This document shows, one piece after another, positions 1 to 11,850 of a DNA stretch of 64,000 nt (its first letter is position 1; each line of letters begins with the position of its first letter). The DNA is from Octopus sinensis (taxonomy: Eukaryota). The stretch spans positions 21,266,001-21,330,000 of the forward strand of contig NC_043020.1 in assembly GCF_006345805.1 (NCBI RefSeq). Direction: 5' to 3'. The notes beneath the pieces are model-generated. The model searched no databases. It had not been told where the DNA came from and worked only from the letters and a program-made list of their open reading frames with translations. The position numbers and the translations under genes are program-made.

Positions 1-105
1 ACTCTCAATTTTGGTCAACTTGCGCCGCAGGGTCTCGGAGGAGATAGTGTTAGTTGAAGGTTACCAAACGTGGCACACACAGACAACTTCAGCTTTATAT
101 AGAGA
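1..105 (-). mobile_element. Non-autonomous Helitron, 5' end (continues off-window)
   Basis: The minus strand begins A^TCTCTATATAAAGCTGAAGTTGTCTGTG, the same start as the complete Helitron at 17316-17697. Confidence 0.65.
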
Positions 106-259
106 TAACACACACACATTAATACACATACATAGACACACACACACATGTATGTATGGATGTATATATGTACATCTGTCCACTTCTTGCAATATTTTTA
201 TCCTTCACTTCCTACACACACACCTTATTAGCTTACAATTTCTTTCTGTCAACAATTGA

Positions 260-1253
260 CAACAGAAGTACACTCGCCAATTAATACTACCAAAATTTAA
301 CGACAGAAAGTAAATTAAAAACCAATTTACCTTTTCTGTATTGTTATGGCAATTCGACCGTCGGTGTGTTTTTGCAAATGTGTTCGAATGAGAAGTGAGT
401 TGTGTTTGGCGCCTTTTTTACTAATAACAAACACACACGTGTTTGTATGTAGTTGTTTGAAACGTTTGTGTTTGTCACTGTCATATATGTATGTGTATGC
501 GTGTGTGTGAGGAATGGCAAACCAGATAGATAGCGCGCGAATTTCTTTTGACGTTCGCGCTCCGCTTGTGTGTGTGTGTGCGTGCTTTAGGTGTACGTAG
601 GTATGTGTACTCTCTGTCTCTTTACACACACTAACAAAAGCACTTCACTTACACACCACACTTTCTGTGTCGCACATCCCATCAAACACACACACACACA
701 CACTCACGCACGCACACATGTACATCAATGCTTTCGGAGCGAAATGTTAAAATATACGAGTTTTCTCGAATTTTGTCTTAATTGGGGGTGAAATTGAAAG
801 AAATTTTGTATGGCATGACCGAATGAAAGTACTTTGAAAAATCATAGGTAAACTCTAATTGAAGAAATTGTGTGAGGAGTAAATCGTTATGTATTTATTT
901 GTTTCTGTTTGCTGTGTTTTTTTTTTTTAGTAGTGGTTTAAGGTACACTTGCAAAGAGAAAGTGGGAGAAATTAGGGTGATAGCGTGAGTGAAGCAGATC
1001 GCTCCGTTTTTGTGTGTGTGCGTGTGTGTGTGCTGTAGCCCACTAAGAAAAGCACTTCACTTACACACCACAATGTGAGTTTTCTCTAAATTTTGCTTAA
1101 TTGGGGTTGAAATTTTAAAAACCGGACCTGGCACGACCTGATGCATTCTACTCTTAAAAATGCTAGGTAAATTGTAATTGAAGAAATCCTATATTGTAGA
1201 TTTCTATAAGAGACAAAGGGAGGCAGATAAAATCTGCCTTTTATAATAAGAGA
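260..1253 (-). mobile_element. Helitron-like non-autonomous element with internal duplication; 3' end not identified
   Basis: Minus-strand start A^TCTCTTATTATAAAAGGC, hairpin AGGCAGAT-AAA-ATCTGCCT, CpG-rich body; ~550-870 is duplicated at ~1000-1190. Confidence 0.45.
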
Positions 1254-1281
1254 TATATGAGAGAGAGAGCGGGGGGGGGGC

Positions 1282-2914
1282 ATGGCGGACAACAGCAAAA
1301 ACTTAGTCAAGACATTTATGCAGTTTGGTATAGAAGTTGAACTCTTGCCAGGCATTCATGGGGCTGCTGCCGATGTTGATGTGGAGCGCATTGAGGATGT
1401 AGAGCTGGGTGTGGATCCTGCGGCTGGGGATGTGGACAAAGTTGAGTACATCTCTGTTGATGCCGTCCTTGATAAGTTCAGCAGCTTGGGCCTCAACCTC
1501 ACATGAAGTGAGCAGCCCATACCTTGAACTTGGTAGCCAGCATGGATGCCAACAAGGCTCTTGACAGTGCTTCATTCAAGTCAGCCTAGAGGAAGGCCAT
1601 GCCTAAGGCACAGTGGATGTGCAATCTGCAGAGCCACAGCATGGTGGCAGCAATCAGCATTCTGGACACGTTGAAAAGGAGGTTGGTGGTCCTTAACAAT
1701 CTGCTGGAGAAGAATAGGGGAGCTGTGCACAGGGTGATGACACAGCTGATGTTGGCTTCCTGATGGAGTACACTCAGGTGATGTTTAATATTGCCAACAC
1801 CTTGGATAAAATCCAGTGGGAGGACCAGGCCTATCTCAGGAGCCTTCTGCCAACTGTAGCAGCTACTGTCATGAAGCTGAAGGAGGCCAAGTTCAAATAT
1901 TACCTGTACTGCAGTCCTCTGGTAGACGTAATACTGGTAGGCATCATGAAAAGGTTTGGGTTCCTCCTAGAAGACCCGGAGTGCCAGCTGGCTACTGCCT
2001 TCCACCCCAAGTTTCCCCTGTCCTGGCTGGAGCAGTATAATAACAGCCTAGTTAGCTGAGTAATGAACACCATGGAGACCATTGTAGAGACAGCTACAAT
2101 GAAGACCAATGAGAAGGGCTCAGCACCACCAGCAATGAGGATGAGGAAGATGATTTCTTCGGCAATATCATTCAGTTCCAGGAGAGCAGGAGCCATAGGT
2201 CACTGAAGTTCAAGGTGCAGAACTTGGTGAAGACCTGGCTGGAGGCTGTCTTGAAGGAGGTCCTGACAGAAGTCACCTTTTCAGGTGAGCAGGTCTTGAT
2301 CAACCTGTTCACTAGGTATAACACCACCATCCCATTCAGTGTTGCAGTTGAGTGCCTATACTTTATAAGCAAAGATATTTTGAGGGCCAAGACAGCCACT
2401 CCTGTCAGATGGTATCTTTAAGAGGCTGATATTTATGCAGGGCAACCAGCATCATGTCGAGGCCCAACCAGAGTAGTACGCTTTGATCATCATCTAATCT
2501 TGGCATGATACCTATATTATACTATAGTTTTTTGATTCTTTTAATACTTTTTGTACAGTAAATAAAGTGTATGTTGACTGTAAAACTTATGTTTAATTTT
2601 ATTTGTTCATTTAATTACTTGCGTACACCTAGACCATCATCTAATCTTCGCATGCTATACCTTTTTGGAAAGCTCTATGTCTAAGCTACAACATGAAACT
2701 TTTAGCTTTTTAGGTCTGTTTTTAAGGGTTTCATAACCAAATAAAAACAAACCGAAGCTAAATTCATATGATAAAAGTTAACAGTTATCAGCTAGCATTA
2801 TCTTCCGCTAATTTTTTTACCTGTTTAACAGTTTAGCATTTGCAAAGTTAATTTTTAGTTATCAGATTAGTGGTTTAAAGAAGTTAATATTTTGGTTAGC
2901 TGTGCCCACCACTG
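1282..2914 (+). mobile_element. Degenerate hAT (Ac/Tol2-like) DNA transposon, 3' portion
   Basis: Frameshifted transposase 1282-2476 with DNSKNLVKTF, a CAAHTLNL-like block, KRFGFLLEDPECQLATAFHPKF and the dimerisation motif YNTTIPFSVAVE; right end ...TGCCCACCACTG at 2914. Confidence 0.82.
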
Positions 2915-2915
2915 T

Positions 2916-3477
2916 ATCATCATCATCATCATTGCTTAACGTCCATTTTCCATGCTAGCACAGGTTGGACAGTTTGACCAGGGTCTGGGAAGCCAGGAGG
3001 CTGCACCAGGCTCCAGTCTGATCTGGCAGTGTTTCTACAGCTGGATGCCCTTCCTAACGCCAACCACTCTGTGAGTGTAGTGGGTGCTTTTTACGTGCCA
3101 CTGGCATAGGTGCCAGGGGAGGCTGGCAGTGCCCACGATCGGTTGGTGCTTTTTATGTGCCACTGGCACAGAAGCCAGTCAAGGCGGTGCTGACATCGGC
3201 CAAGTTCGGATGGTGCCTTTTATGTGCCACCGGCACAGGTATCACAACTACAATTTCCATTTGATATTTATTTCAATGTTGATGCACTTGACTCAATAGG
3301 TCTCCTCAAGCACAGCCGGTCATGTGCCACCACAGAAGCCAGTCAAGGCGGCACTGGCATCAGCCACGTTCGGATGGTGCTTTTTATGTCCTGCCAGCAC
3401 AGGTATCACAACTGCAATTTCCATTTAATACTTATTTTGATTTTGATGTACTTGACTCAATAGGTCTCCTCAAGCAC
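2916..3477 (-). mobile_element. RTE LINE 3' UTR/tail copy (short, 5'-truncated or SINE-like)
   Basis: (CAT)n tail plus gctggatgcccttcctaacgccaacc, identical in kind to the 3' end of the RTE at 50178; ~150-bp internal duplication (3160-3312 / 3322-3477). Confidence 0.8.
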
Positions 3478-3499
3478 GTATATAGATATATGTATATGT

Positions 3500-4030
3500 A
3501 TGTATGTATATCTCCCTTCATCTTCACCCCCTCTATCGTTACCCTACCCTTACACACCCCAAACCCACCATCCCTATACATCCCGTCCCACCCCTCATTC
3601 CAACCCACCCTTGCATCCTCCACACTCCCACGCCACACCATCACACACCACCCCACACACATTAGCACTGACCACTTCTCAGCACCCACACCATCATCCA
3701 CACACTTACACATGCACACACCCACACGTCAAGGTCACCAGCCCCTAACCACACACACACACCGTTGTTTTGGGAACACCACTACTTTATTATCTCCCCT
3801 TCTTCCTAGCTCTCCTGTCTGACCACCTCTGTCCGGCTATCACTATGATTGACCACTTGCTAATAAAGCTTTCTTTTTTTATTCTCTCTCTGTTTATTTT
3901 CTTGTGTTCCTTTCAGTTGAAGAGCGTAGACTCAAAATGTAAAAGACTTTCTCACCTTCCCGAGCATTAAACACCTGTTTGTTGTTTACACACCAGTCTT
4001 CATCTTTTGTTTTTTTTTGTAAATTCCAAC
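3500..4030 (+). mobile_element. Penelope-like element 3' end/pLTR with hammerhead relic
   Basis: C/A-rich tract, aataaa, degenerate hammerhead at ~3908-3948; similar to 34350-34565. Confidence 0.5.
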
Positions 4031-4089
4031 TATGTATATTTATCTATGTATATACATATGTGTGTGTGTGTGTGTGTATATCTCCATAT

Positions 4090-5185
4090 ATATACATATA
4101 TAATTGTTAAAGAGGACAACAAATGTTAAGGCAAGGCAAACATCTCAAGTCATACACATTATTATTTAAAAAAATTCAAAGTCTTACAGCTGCCTCTGGA
4201 ATATCCCAGAGTATGGGATATTCCGTCATCAGAGACAAATAGGGAAAATGAGAAGGGTATAGCTTTTATATAAGTGGAGGTTGTGAGGAGGGTTTTTGTA
4301 TGACCTAAGGTTATATTTATTATTGCTTTCATCCGACTAGTGTTTATTATCATAAAAGAAGGCTTTCTATCTCATTCTTGGGATAAGATCATTGTTTTAT
4401 TGCTACTAATTGTGACTGAGGTTGCCAAAGCATCCATATTGCAAGAAATAAGAGTTAAAAACTTTTAATGCTGTATGTTGGTTTTGGTACTTCAACATAT
4501 GAAGTTTTGCCTTTTATATTGTTTTGGATTTCTTTGGATTTGTGAACTTTCGGTAATCCATAAAAATTGCAGGTTTTCATTTCAAAGTTAGTTAAGTAAC
4601 TGATTTCCTATAGTGTGAGGTTATTTTGGTTCTTTGTCGTCAGTTTACCTACTTCAATCAATGAATTTTTTCCTCACATTTGTTGATTTTCCTGTAAATT
4701 CCTTTGTCGTTCAACTGTTCCAGGATCCTATCTTTGTAGTGGTTTTTGTTCATGATGACAATTGCCCCACCTTTGTCAGGCTTCTTTTATGGTTATTGAG
4801 GAGTCTTTTTGTAATTTGTTTAGTGCAAATAGTTAGTCTGTAGGGATGTTGCATTTGGGCTTCATTTCTGCAATATGTGACAGCGCCAATCATTGTAGGC
4901 AGGTTATGTATTCTTCCAGGTGTCTGTCACTATTTAGTGGTGGTTTAAAGCTCTTTTTGTTTTTCGCTAGTGACACCTCTTCATATTCTACACCCTGGAA
5001 GAATTCTCCTAGGTGTAATTTGCAACAAAAATCTTCTGTGTCTTTTATAAGATCGGCTTGATTTGCTTTCGGGAGGAGTGTGAACATCAGTCCATTTTCT
5101 AATAGTTTGATTTCCTATTTTGTTAATTTCTTGGCTAATATGTTAATTATTTTTGGTGCCTGTAGTTTTCCTTCATCAAGAGTGG
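4090..5185 (-). mobile_element. Penelope-like element, internally deleted
   Basis: Minus-strand ALNKLQKDSSITIK..PDKGGAIVIMNK and FYGLPKVHK (PLE RT N-terminus), then a jump to the 3' UTR with a hammerhead. Confidence 0.75.
4181..4236 (-). ncRNA. Type I hammerhead ribozyme relic (GAAA mutated to GAGG)
   Basis: Minus strand: GTCT-CTGATGA-C-GGAATATCCCA-tactc-TGGGATATTCC-A-GAGG-CAGCTG-TA-AGAC. Confidence 0.72.
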
Positions 5186-5189
5186 GTTA

Positions 5190-5450
5190 TATATACATGT
5201 GTATGGATGCGCATTCATATATGTGTGTGTATATATTCATATATCTGTGCATGTGTGTATATGTATATATGTGTAACTGAGGGTGTGCATATAAATGTGT
5301 ATGTATGGATAGATATGTATATAGTATTTATATGTATGTATGTGTGTGTACATTTGTATGTGTATACATATGTATGTATGTATGTATGAATATGTGTATG
5401 TATGCATATGTGTATGTATATATTTGTATATATAGAGAGAGAGAAAGAGG
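5190..5450. repeat. (TA)/(TG) compound microsatellite
   Basis: Direct inspection. Confidence 0.9.
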
Positions 5451-5589
5451 GAGGGGGAGTGAGATGTGTATATACTTTTTGGGCTAACATGATCTCACCC
5501 ACCTCTTCTCCCAAACCAAAAAAAAATATTAAAAACACTTCTGTTAACAAACATTTTTATCAAAAGATAGGTATCTTACACCTCATTAA

Positions 5590-5826
5590 TACCTATTTCT
5601 TTATTACCCACAAGGGGCTAAACACAGAGGGGACAAACAAGGACAGACATAGGTATTAAGTCGATTACATCAACCCCAGTGCGTAACTGGTACTTAATTT
5701 ATCGACCCCGAAAGGATGAAAAGCAAAGTCGACCTCAGTGGAATTTGAACTCAGAACGTAACAACAGACGAAATACCGCTAAGCATTTCGCCCGGCGCGC
5801 TAACGTTTCTGCCAGCTCGCCGCCTT
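5590..5826 (-). mobile_element. tRNA-derived SINE family A, well preserved
   Basis: Head AAGGCGGCGAGCTGGCAGAA (A box), GAGTTCAAATTCC (B box), central CTTTTCATCCTTTCGGGGTCGATAAATTAAGTACCAG. Confidence 0.85.
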
Positions 5827-6089
5827 AATACCACCATCCCAGGCACACACTTAAAATATAGAAAATTACTAAAAGAATTTGGAAAAACATCTGGTTATTA
5901 GATTTCTGACCAAAGTTCAACTATTCAAATGGCTTCACAAAACACTCCATTAACACCCCCACCACCTCCCAATTCTGCCCCCAGTCAAGTATCTTGTGTT
6001 GACCATTCACTACTTTCACTCCCACACTGATTAACAAACCCCAACCCCACCCTAAATCCCATATATAGAATCACATAACCCCAAATCCT

Positions 6090-7290
6090 CAGATCTGTCT
6101 GACAATGAATGTCACCAGGTATATAGATGACATCCTCATACTCACATCCTATCATGAAGAGGCTGACAGAATATTCATAACGTTCAACATGGACACAAAC
6201 ATAAAGTTCACTATAGAACATCCTGACGACATCACTATCACTACTTGATTTCCAACTGAAAATAACGGAAGAAGGAGAGGTCCACAGGAAAGCAGCCAGT
6301 ACAGTTCAGCACTTCCACTCAGTGCCAAATTAGCATATGCCAGAAATGAACTTGCATGCATCCAGAGCAAGTGCAGCAGGACAGAGAACAAGGTGACCCA
6401 CACTACATGCTTCCTAGAAATGTTAAAAACCAACAGGTACCCTATATCCATTATAAATTGGCTTAAGTACCCAAAACAACCAACATACCGAACACACAGA
6501 AAACCCATGCTTCCTTAAAATACCCCATTTTAGCGAGAGGGTAACTACAGCCATCCAAAGAGCCATAAGATGAGAAGGACTAGACATAAAACTAGCCCAC
6601 TCTGGCAAGACTGCAATCGATGCACACTAGCAAACTGTCCCACCCATGACACAGACTTATACCAACGGGTAAATGTTGTTTTTAGAAATGTAACAAATGC
6701 AACAGGTTCTGTGTGGATAGTACAACAAGACCGTTACATGTTCAAAGAACATCTGAACATGAGAGCTCCTGTTTCAGAAAACATCTAGACAGATACCGGA
6801 ACACCAACAAAAGCATAACAGTCACAATTGAGGCCAATGAAAGAAATTTGGGTAATCTAAGAATTAAGGAAACTATCCTCATAGAGAGACCAGAGCTCCA
6901 AATTAACAACAGGCTGGAGCTTAGCCATTAATATATTTTCTACCTACATCTTGGTGCGTGTAGGTTCTTTTCTGATGACATGCTCATGTATTATTTATAT
7001 AAAGATAAACGTGGAGGGGAGAAAAAAGGAAACTGCATGTATAATATATAACTTAGAAGCAGCGCTACAGATGTGCCAGTACAAACAAGCTTGAGACATG
7101 GCCACCCTCATGAACTTCTCACGAGGAATTCCGAAAGAAGCTTCATGAGACCAGTGCAGCGATGCTTCTGGGGGAAAAAAGAAAAAAAAAAACAGTGGAA
7201 AATCGATTATAGCAGTGACTCAATCAATTCCTAGGGATATCTGAAGAAGGAATTTTTATATTCTGAAATATATCAGACTATGGATGATTA
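6090..7290 (+). mobile_element. Penelope-like element 3' part (RT C-terminus + GIY-YIG + pLTR), degenerate
   Basis: RYIDDILIL...IKFTIEHP at ~6118; GIY-YIG-like STTRPLHV..KEHLN...LRIKETILIE at 6650-6930; hammerhead relic 7236-7278. Confidence 0.78.
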
Positions 7291-7480
7291 AATTATAACA
7301 GCTATTATAATCCATTGTTGTTATTATAGTGCATTGTTCTGCCATTCAAAATACAATATTATAATTTATTATTTTTTACAAATAATACACAATGCTTCAA
7401 GCTAACTACAATACTCTCCTATATATATATGTATGTTAATTGTTAACAAGGGAAAAGTGCACACATCTATTTATATATAT

Positions 7481-7814
7481 ATCATCATCATCGTTTAACG
7501 TCCACTTTCCATGATAGCATGAGTTGGATGGTTCAACTGGGGTCTGGGAAGCCAGAAGGTTGCAACAGGTCCAGTCTGATCTGGCAGTGTTTTTACAGCT
7601 GGATGCCCTTCCTAACGCCAACCACTCCGTGAGTGTAGTGGGTGCTTTTTACGCGCCAGACGAGGCTGGCAACAGCCACAATCGGATGGTGCTTTTTACA
7701 TGCCACCGGCATGGAGGCCAGTCAGGGCAGCGCTGGCAACGGCCACGTTCGGATGGTTCTCTTACATGCCACCGGCACTGGTATCACAACTACAGTTTCC
7801 ATTGATGTTGATTG

Positions 7815-7815
<1 letters not shown>
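7481..7815 (-). mobile_element. RTE 3' tail copy
   Basis: Same (CAT)n tail and ggatgcccttcctaacgcc core as 2916 and 50178. Confidence 0.8.
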
Positions 7816-7865
<50 letters not shown>

Positions 7866-8344
7866 ATGTATATACACACACACACACACACAAAAAGGAA
7901 AAAAAAGACAGAAAGAGCATATAAACAGCAATTCTGTTCATGAGCATGGAAAATTCAAAGAATAAGAATGTCATGATAATGTGTGGTGTATCTAAGAAGA
8001 GAGTGAAAAGGTAGATAAGAAGGACTGTGAAAATAAGGAAAGACACCTCGTGCCAAATATTAAGTTGAGAGGAAACTGGTTAAAAGCTACTTTTCATATA
8101 TTCAAATAATTAAACACACACATAGACAGACAGATAGAAAAACATTAAACTCAACTGATAGACAAAAATATATTTCTAAATATATAAATGAAAACAGACA
8201 TTATACATACCAATAAATATATGTATAATTGGATGGTTTAACTAAATTGCAAGAATAACAGGTGAACTAATTTTACCCTTCTTATACATTTGCTTGAGAA
8301 GAGTTGATCAAAGTTTACCTGAACTACAAAAACATCAAACTTAC

Positions 8345-8446
8345 CATTGTCGGCATTCATCATGGTAATATGTAGGCTGGTTAACTCTCCAACTGTGACC
8401 TGCGGTACATTGGTCACATCAAAAAACTGGGAGTTCACAACCACAG
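8345..8446 (-). CDS. TRAPPC9: TRAPPC9 exon (102 nt): VVVNSQFFDVTNVPQVTVGELTSLHITMMNADN
   Basis: tatttttag acceptor, G|gtaagt donor, phase 1 to 1; resembles VLVDGQ...QVGDPVRLEVRLTN. The next exon was not found in the window. Confidence 0.82.
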
Positions 8447-8620
8447 CTAAAAATACAGAACAAAGCAAAATATAAATTTCTCACAAGCACACATCTTAAA
8501 GGGAGTACACAATGAGAATGTTGATTTCCCTGAATGGAATTAACAGATTATATAAAGTGAGGTAACTACAACCAAGAATCAAAATAAATTTGTTACCTTA
8601 CTAGCAGCTTAGAATTTTAT

Positions 8621-8984
8621 ATTTTACTTGTTTCAGTCATTAAGCTGAAGCCATGCTGGGTCACTGCCTTAGAACTTTTTAGTTGAACAAATTGACTCCA
8701 GTACTTATTTTTCTTGAAAGCCTGGTACTTATTATATCAGTCACTTTTGCCAAACAGCTAAGTTACACGAACATAAACACACCAACACTAGTTGTCAAGT
8801 GGTGGTGGGGACAAACACAGACACAAAACACACATATATGATAGTAGTTTCCATCCACCAAATCCACACACAAAGCTTTGGTCAGCCCAAGGCTGTAGTA
8901 GAAGAAACTAGCCTAAGGTACCACAGAGTGGAACTGAACTCAAAACCATGTGGTTAGGAAGCAAACTTCTTACCACACAGCTGC
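8621..8984 (-). mobile_element. tRNA-derived SINE family B
   Basis: ttttacttgtttcagtcat tail; head ctgtgtggtaag...ccacatggtt...gagttcagttcc; same family as 48135. Confidence 0.8.
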
Positions 8985-9615
8985 TGAACAAATATAATAA
9001 AAGAGCCATAGTTGTCAGTCAGAAATGAATATGATCTGGTAGTAAGTAAGATCCTTTGACTACTTGTTTTAGGAGTCATGAGAAGACATAGACATCTTCT
9101 TGGCCACCCATCACATGATTCAGAGTAACATTGAGGATGTGACAGCTGGAGAGGAAAAGGGATTCACTAGCATTCAGCAAGTACTCATTTTCAGCTGTGT
9201 AAACTGGAATAATATGAAAAGTGTCTTGTTCAAGGATACACTGTCAACTCCACAACTTAATGATCATGAACCTAATATTAATACACTTTACATGAATAAG
9301 TTTTTCTTTCAGAGGTACAACAATTTAGAATAATAGAAAATGAGATTACATGATATTCTGCTAGTGGCATCAAGATGAACAGTGTTACAGCTAGGAATCG
9401 GATCTCAATAAAGAAGTTGATCAAGATGAAAGTATAGGAGTCTAAAACTTAAGAACCAAATAATGGAAGTACTGAAAATAATCATGGCAAAACTAATACA
9501 GAGTTAGGGAAAGGGTAAGGGTACAGGCAACTTAGGGCAAGGTCAGGCATTGATGGAGCAGACATATGATCGAAGATGATAGCCTCATCTTTTTCTTTTT
9601 GTTAGACATATGCAC

Positions 9616-9962
9616 AGGCATGGTTGTGTGGTAAGAAGTTTGATTCCCAACCACATGGTTCTGGATTCAGTCCTACTGCAAGTGTCTTCTACCTCAGGCC
9701 ACCCAAAGCCTTGTTTGGTAGACAGAAACTGAAAGAAGCCTGTTGTATATGTGTATATATGTGTCTAAATGTGTGCTGCTTTATAGCCAGTGTTGGTGTG
9801 TTTACATCTCCATTAGCTAGTGGTTCAGCAAAGGAGATCGATAGAATAAGTACCAGGCTGAGAAAAAAATACAGGGGTCAATTCATTCGACTAAAAATTC
9901 TTTTGAAGTGGTGTCCCAACATGGCTATGATCTAATGAGTGAAACAAGTAAAAATAAAAGAT
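9616..9962 (+). mobile_element. tRNA-derived SINE family B (inverted relative to 8621 copy)
   Basis: ggttgtgtggtaagaagtttg...ggattcagtccta...gaaacaagtaaaaataaaag. Confidence 0.8.
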
Positions 9963-10581
9963 ACTGTATCAAGGTAATATGTCCTTCCCTCTTTTTAAGA
10001 TGGTAGAGTATGATGAGGATGATTTGGTTTTTACTTTTAGCAGACTGAGTAACCACAAAGATGCTTTCCTACTGGCTTGATTTCAATTTGTTGCTATTGT
10101 TTAGTCCCATAACATACATTATCCAACATGTCGCTTTTTTTGTAAGACAATTGAGTGTAATGTGAGAGAAATTTAGCTTCTAATTCTAATAGGCTGAACA
10201 TCTACATAGAAGCCTCCAGCTTGGCATGAGAAAGTGACATTGACCAATATGTATAACACATGCAGCAACTGCACAAAATGGACATGTTGGTTGTCATTGT
10301 TTAGCTCCGAGTTAGCTTAGTCAGAAATGACCTAAGGCTAAAAACTAAGGTCAAAGACGTTCCAGCTGTGATCAACCTATATTATTTAAAGCGTTCTGAA
10401 CTCTATGATTTGAGGGTGGTTTGACTGCTACTTCTGTTAGGTTGAGTGACGTGACCATGATTGGTAGTGGTAGTAGTTATGATTGATCATTGTAGTGGTG
10501 GTAGTGATAATGATTTCTCAAGCTATGTATCATATAGAAATACAGAAAGAAGTGAACAAGAAAGAAAGAGAGAGTACTTAC

Positions 10582-10675
10582 TCCATTTGATAGGACTGAG
10601 CTTCATCAAGTTCATCTGTGATGTGCCCCACACTATGTTATCAAGAGAAACTTTTCCAGTAGCATTCACAGCTGG
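10582..10675 (-). CDS. TRAPPC9: TRAPPC9 exon (94 nt): PAVNATGKVSLDNIVWGTSQMNLMKLSPIKW
   Basis: Branch-like cttaac plus cccag acceptor, A|gtaagt donor, phase 0 to 1; resembles PSLKRSGEASV...LQLAPLQW. Confidence 0.85.
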
Positions 10676-11614
10676 CTGGGTGCAACAGTTAAGGTACATC
10701 CATGATATGTCACAAATATATTGTAACACCAGAAAAATATGCCATGGTATTGCCCCATTATCAATTAACCTAATCCCTTGTGTTTTTATACATACATTTA
10801 AAAACCCTATGTTTCAAATTATGTTTTAATGACTGACTTTGGGGACCAGATATCCAGAAACCTAGAATGTTATTTCAATACATTGCTTCAGGTGTAATTT
10901 ATTTCATCATGGATGACCTATAAGAAATAGAAATTGACCCCAGTACACTGACTGGTGTTTTACTGACCCCAGAATGATAAAAGACAAAGCTGACCTTGAG
11001 AAGATTTAAATCTAGAATGTAAAGGGTCATGATTAAATAATCTCTGGGCATTTTGTTCAATATTGTAACAATTTTGATAATCCATCCTTGTCGGAAGGAA
11101 TAGGTATCAGATCATCTGGGAAAGTTAGCTGAGACAGATTGACATTCTATTCAGAGTAATACTTTAATCTGCTAAACTGTATGAACCTGGAGCAAAACAG
11201 TGATCTTAATGGTTAGGCACTTGAAACATGGTTTAAAGTAGAGATTTTTAATTTGGATACTATAGCAAGGTGCTAGGGGTTTCACAATAGGATACTAAGC
11301 ACGCAAAAGATGAAAAATACAACACAAAGACAAGGTAAAATTAAACAGAGTTAGCATTAGTTTGATGTTCAAGAAATAAGAAAAAAGGAAGGAAATGGTT
11401 TTAATGTTTCAAGTATATATTTTTCTTCTGAAAGATAGGATAGAGATGGTGTGAGAAAAAAATTGGAGAAGGGAAACTTGAGAACATTAAAAACACTTCC
11501 TTCTTTTTTACCATTTCCTGAGTGTCAAACTTATACCAACTCTGTACTTATTTTATACTTCGTCTTTGTGTTGAATTTTTCATCCTTTACATACTATAAC
11601 TACAGTCCATCTTA

Positions 11615-11850
11615 ATTCTACAAAGCAGTGCTACCATAATTAACTATAACAATCATTGCTACCACGATTAACTACAACAATTAAGTGCTACCATAAGTAA
11701 CCATAACAATAAGTGATATCATAATTATAACAATTAGTGATAGCATAATTTACTATAGCAATCAAAGCTACCTTAATAGAAAATAACAACCAGTACTAAC
11801 TATAACAATTAATGATACCATAATTATAACAACTAGCAGTACCGATGGAA
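11615..11850. repeat. Degenerate ~28-bp minisatellite (gtgctaccataattaactataacaatta), about 8 units
   Basis: Direct inspection. Confidence 0.7.

Noticed and set aside
5740-5826. tRNA-like A/B boxes here and in other SINE heads
   Set aside because: There is no cloverleaf or acceptor stem, and they are fused to SINE bodies and tails.
7107-7150. Hairpin with a TCACGA-GGAATTCC-GAAA loop, hammerhead-like
   Set aside because: The core G5 is changed and helix III and the cleavage triplet are missing; too degenerate to call.
11615-11850. Repeat periodicity resembling a CRISPR array (also considered for the SINE arrays)
   Set aside because: There are no unique spacers and no cas genes, the units are degenerate, and the context is eukaryotic.
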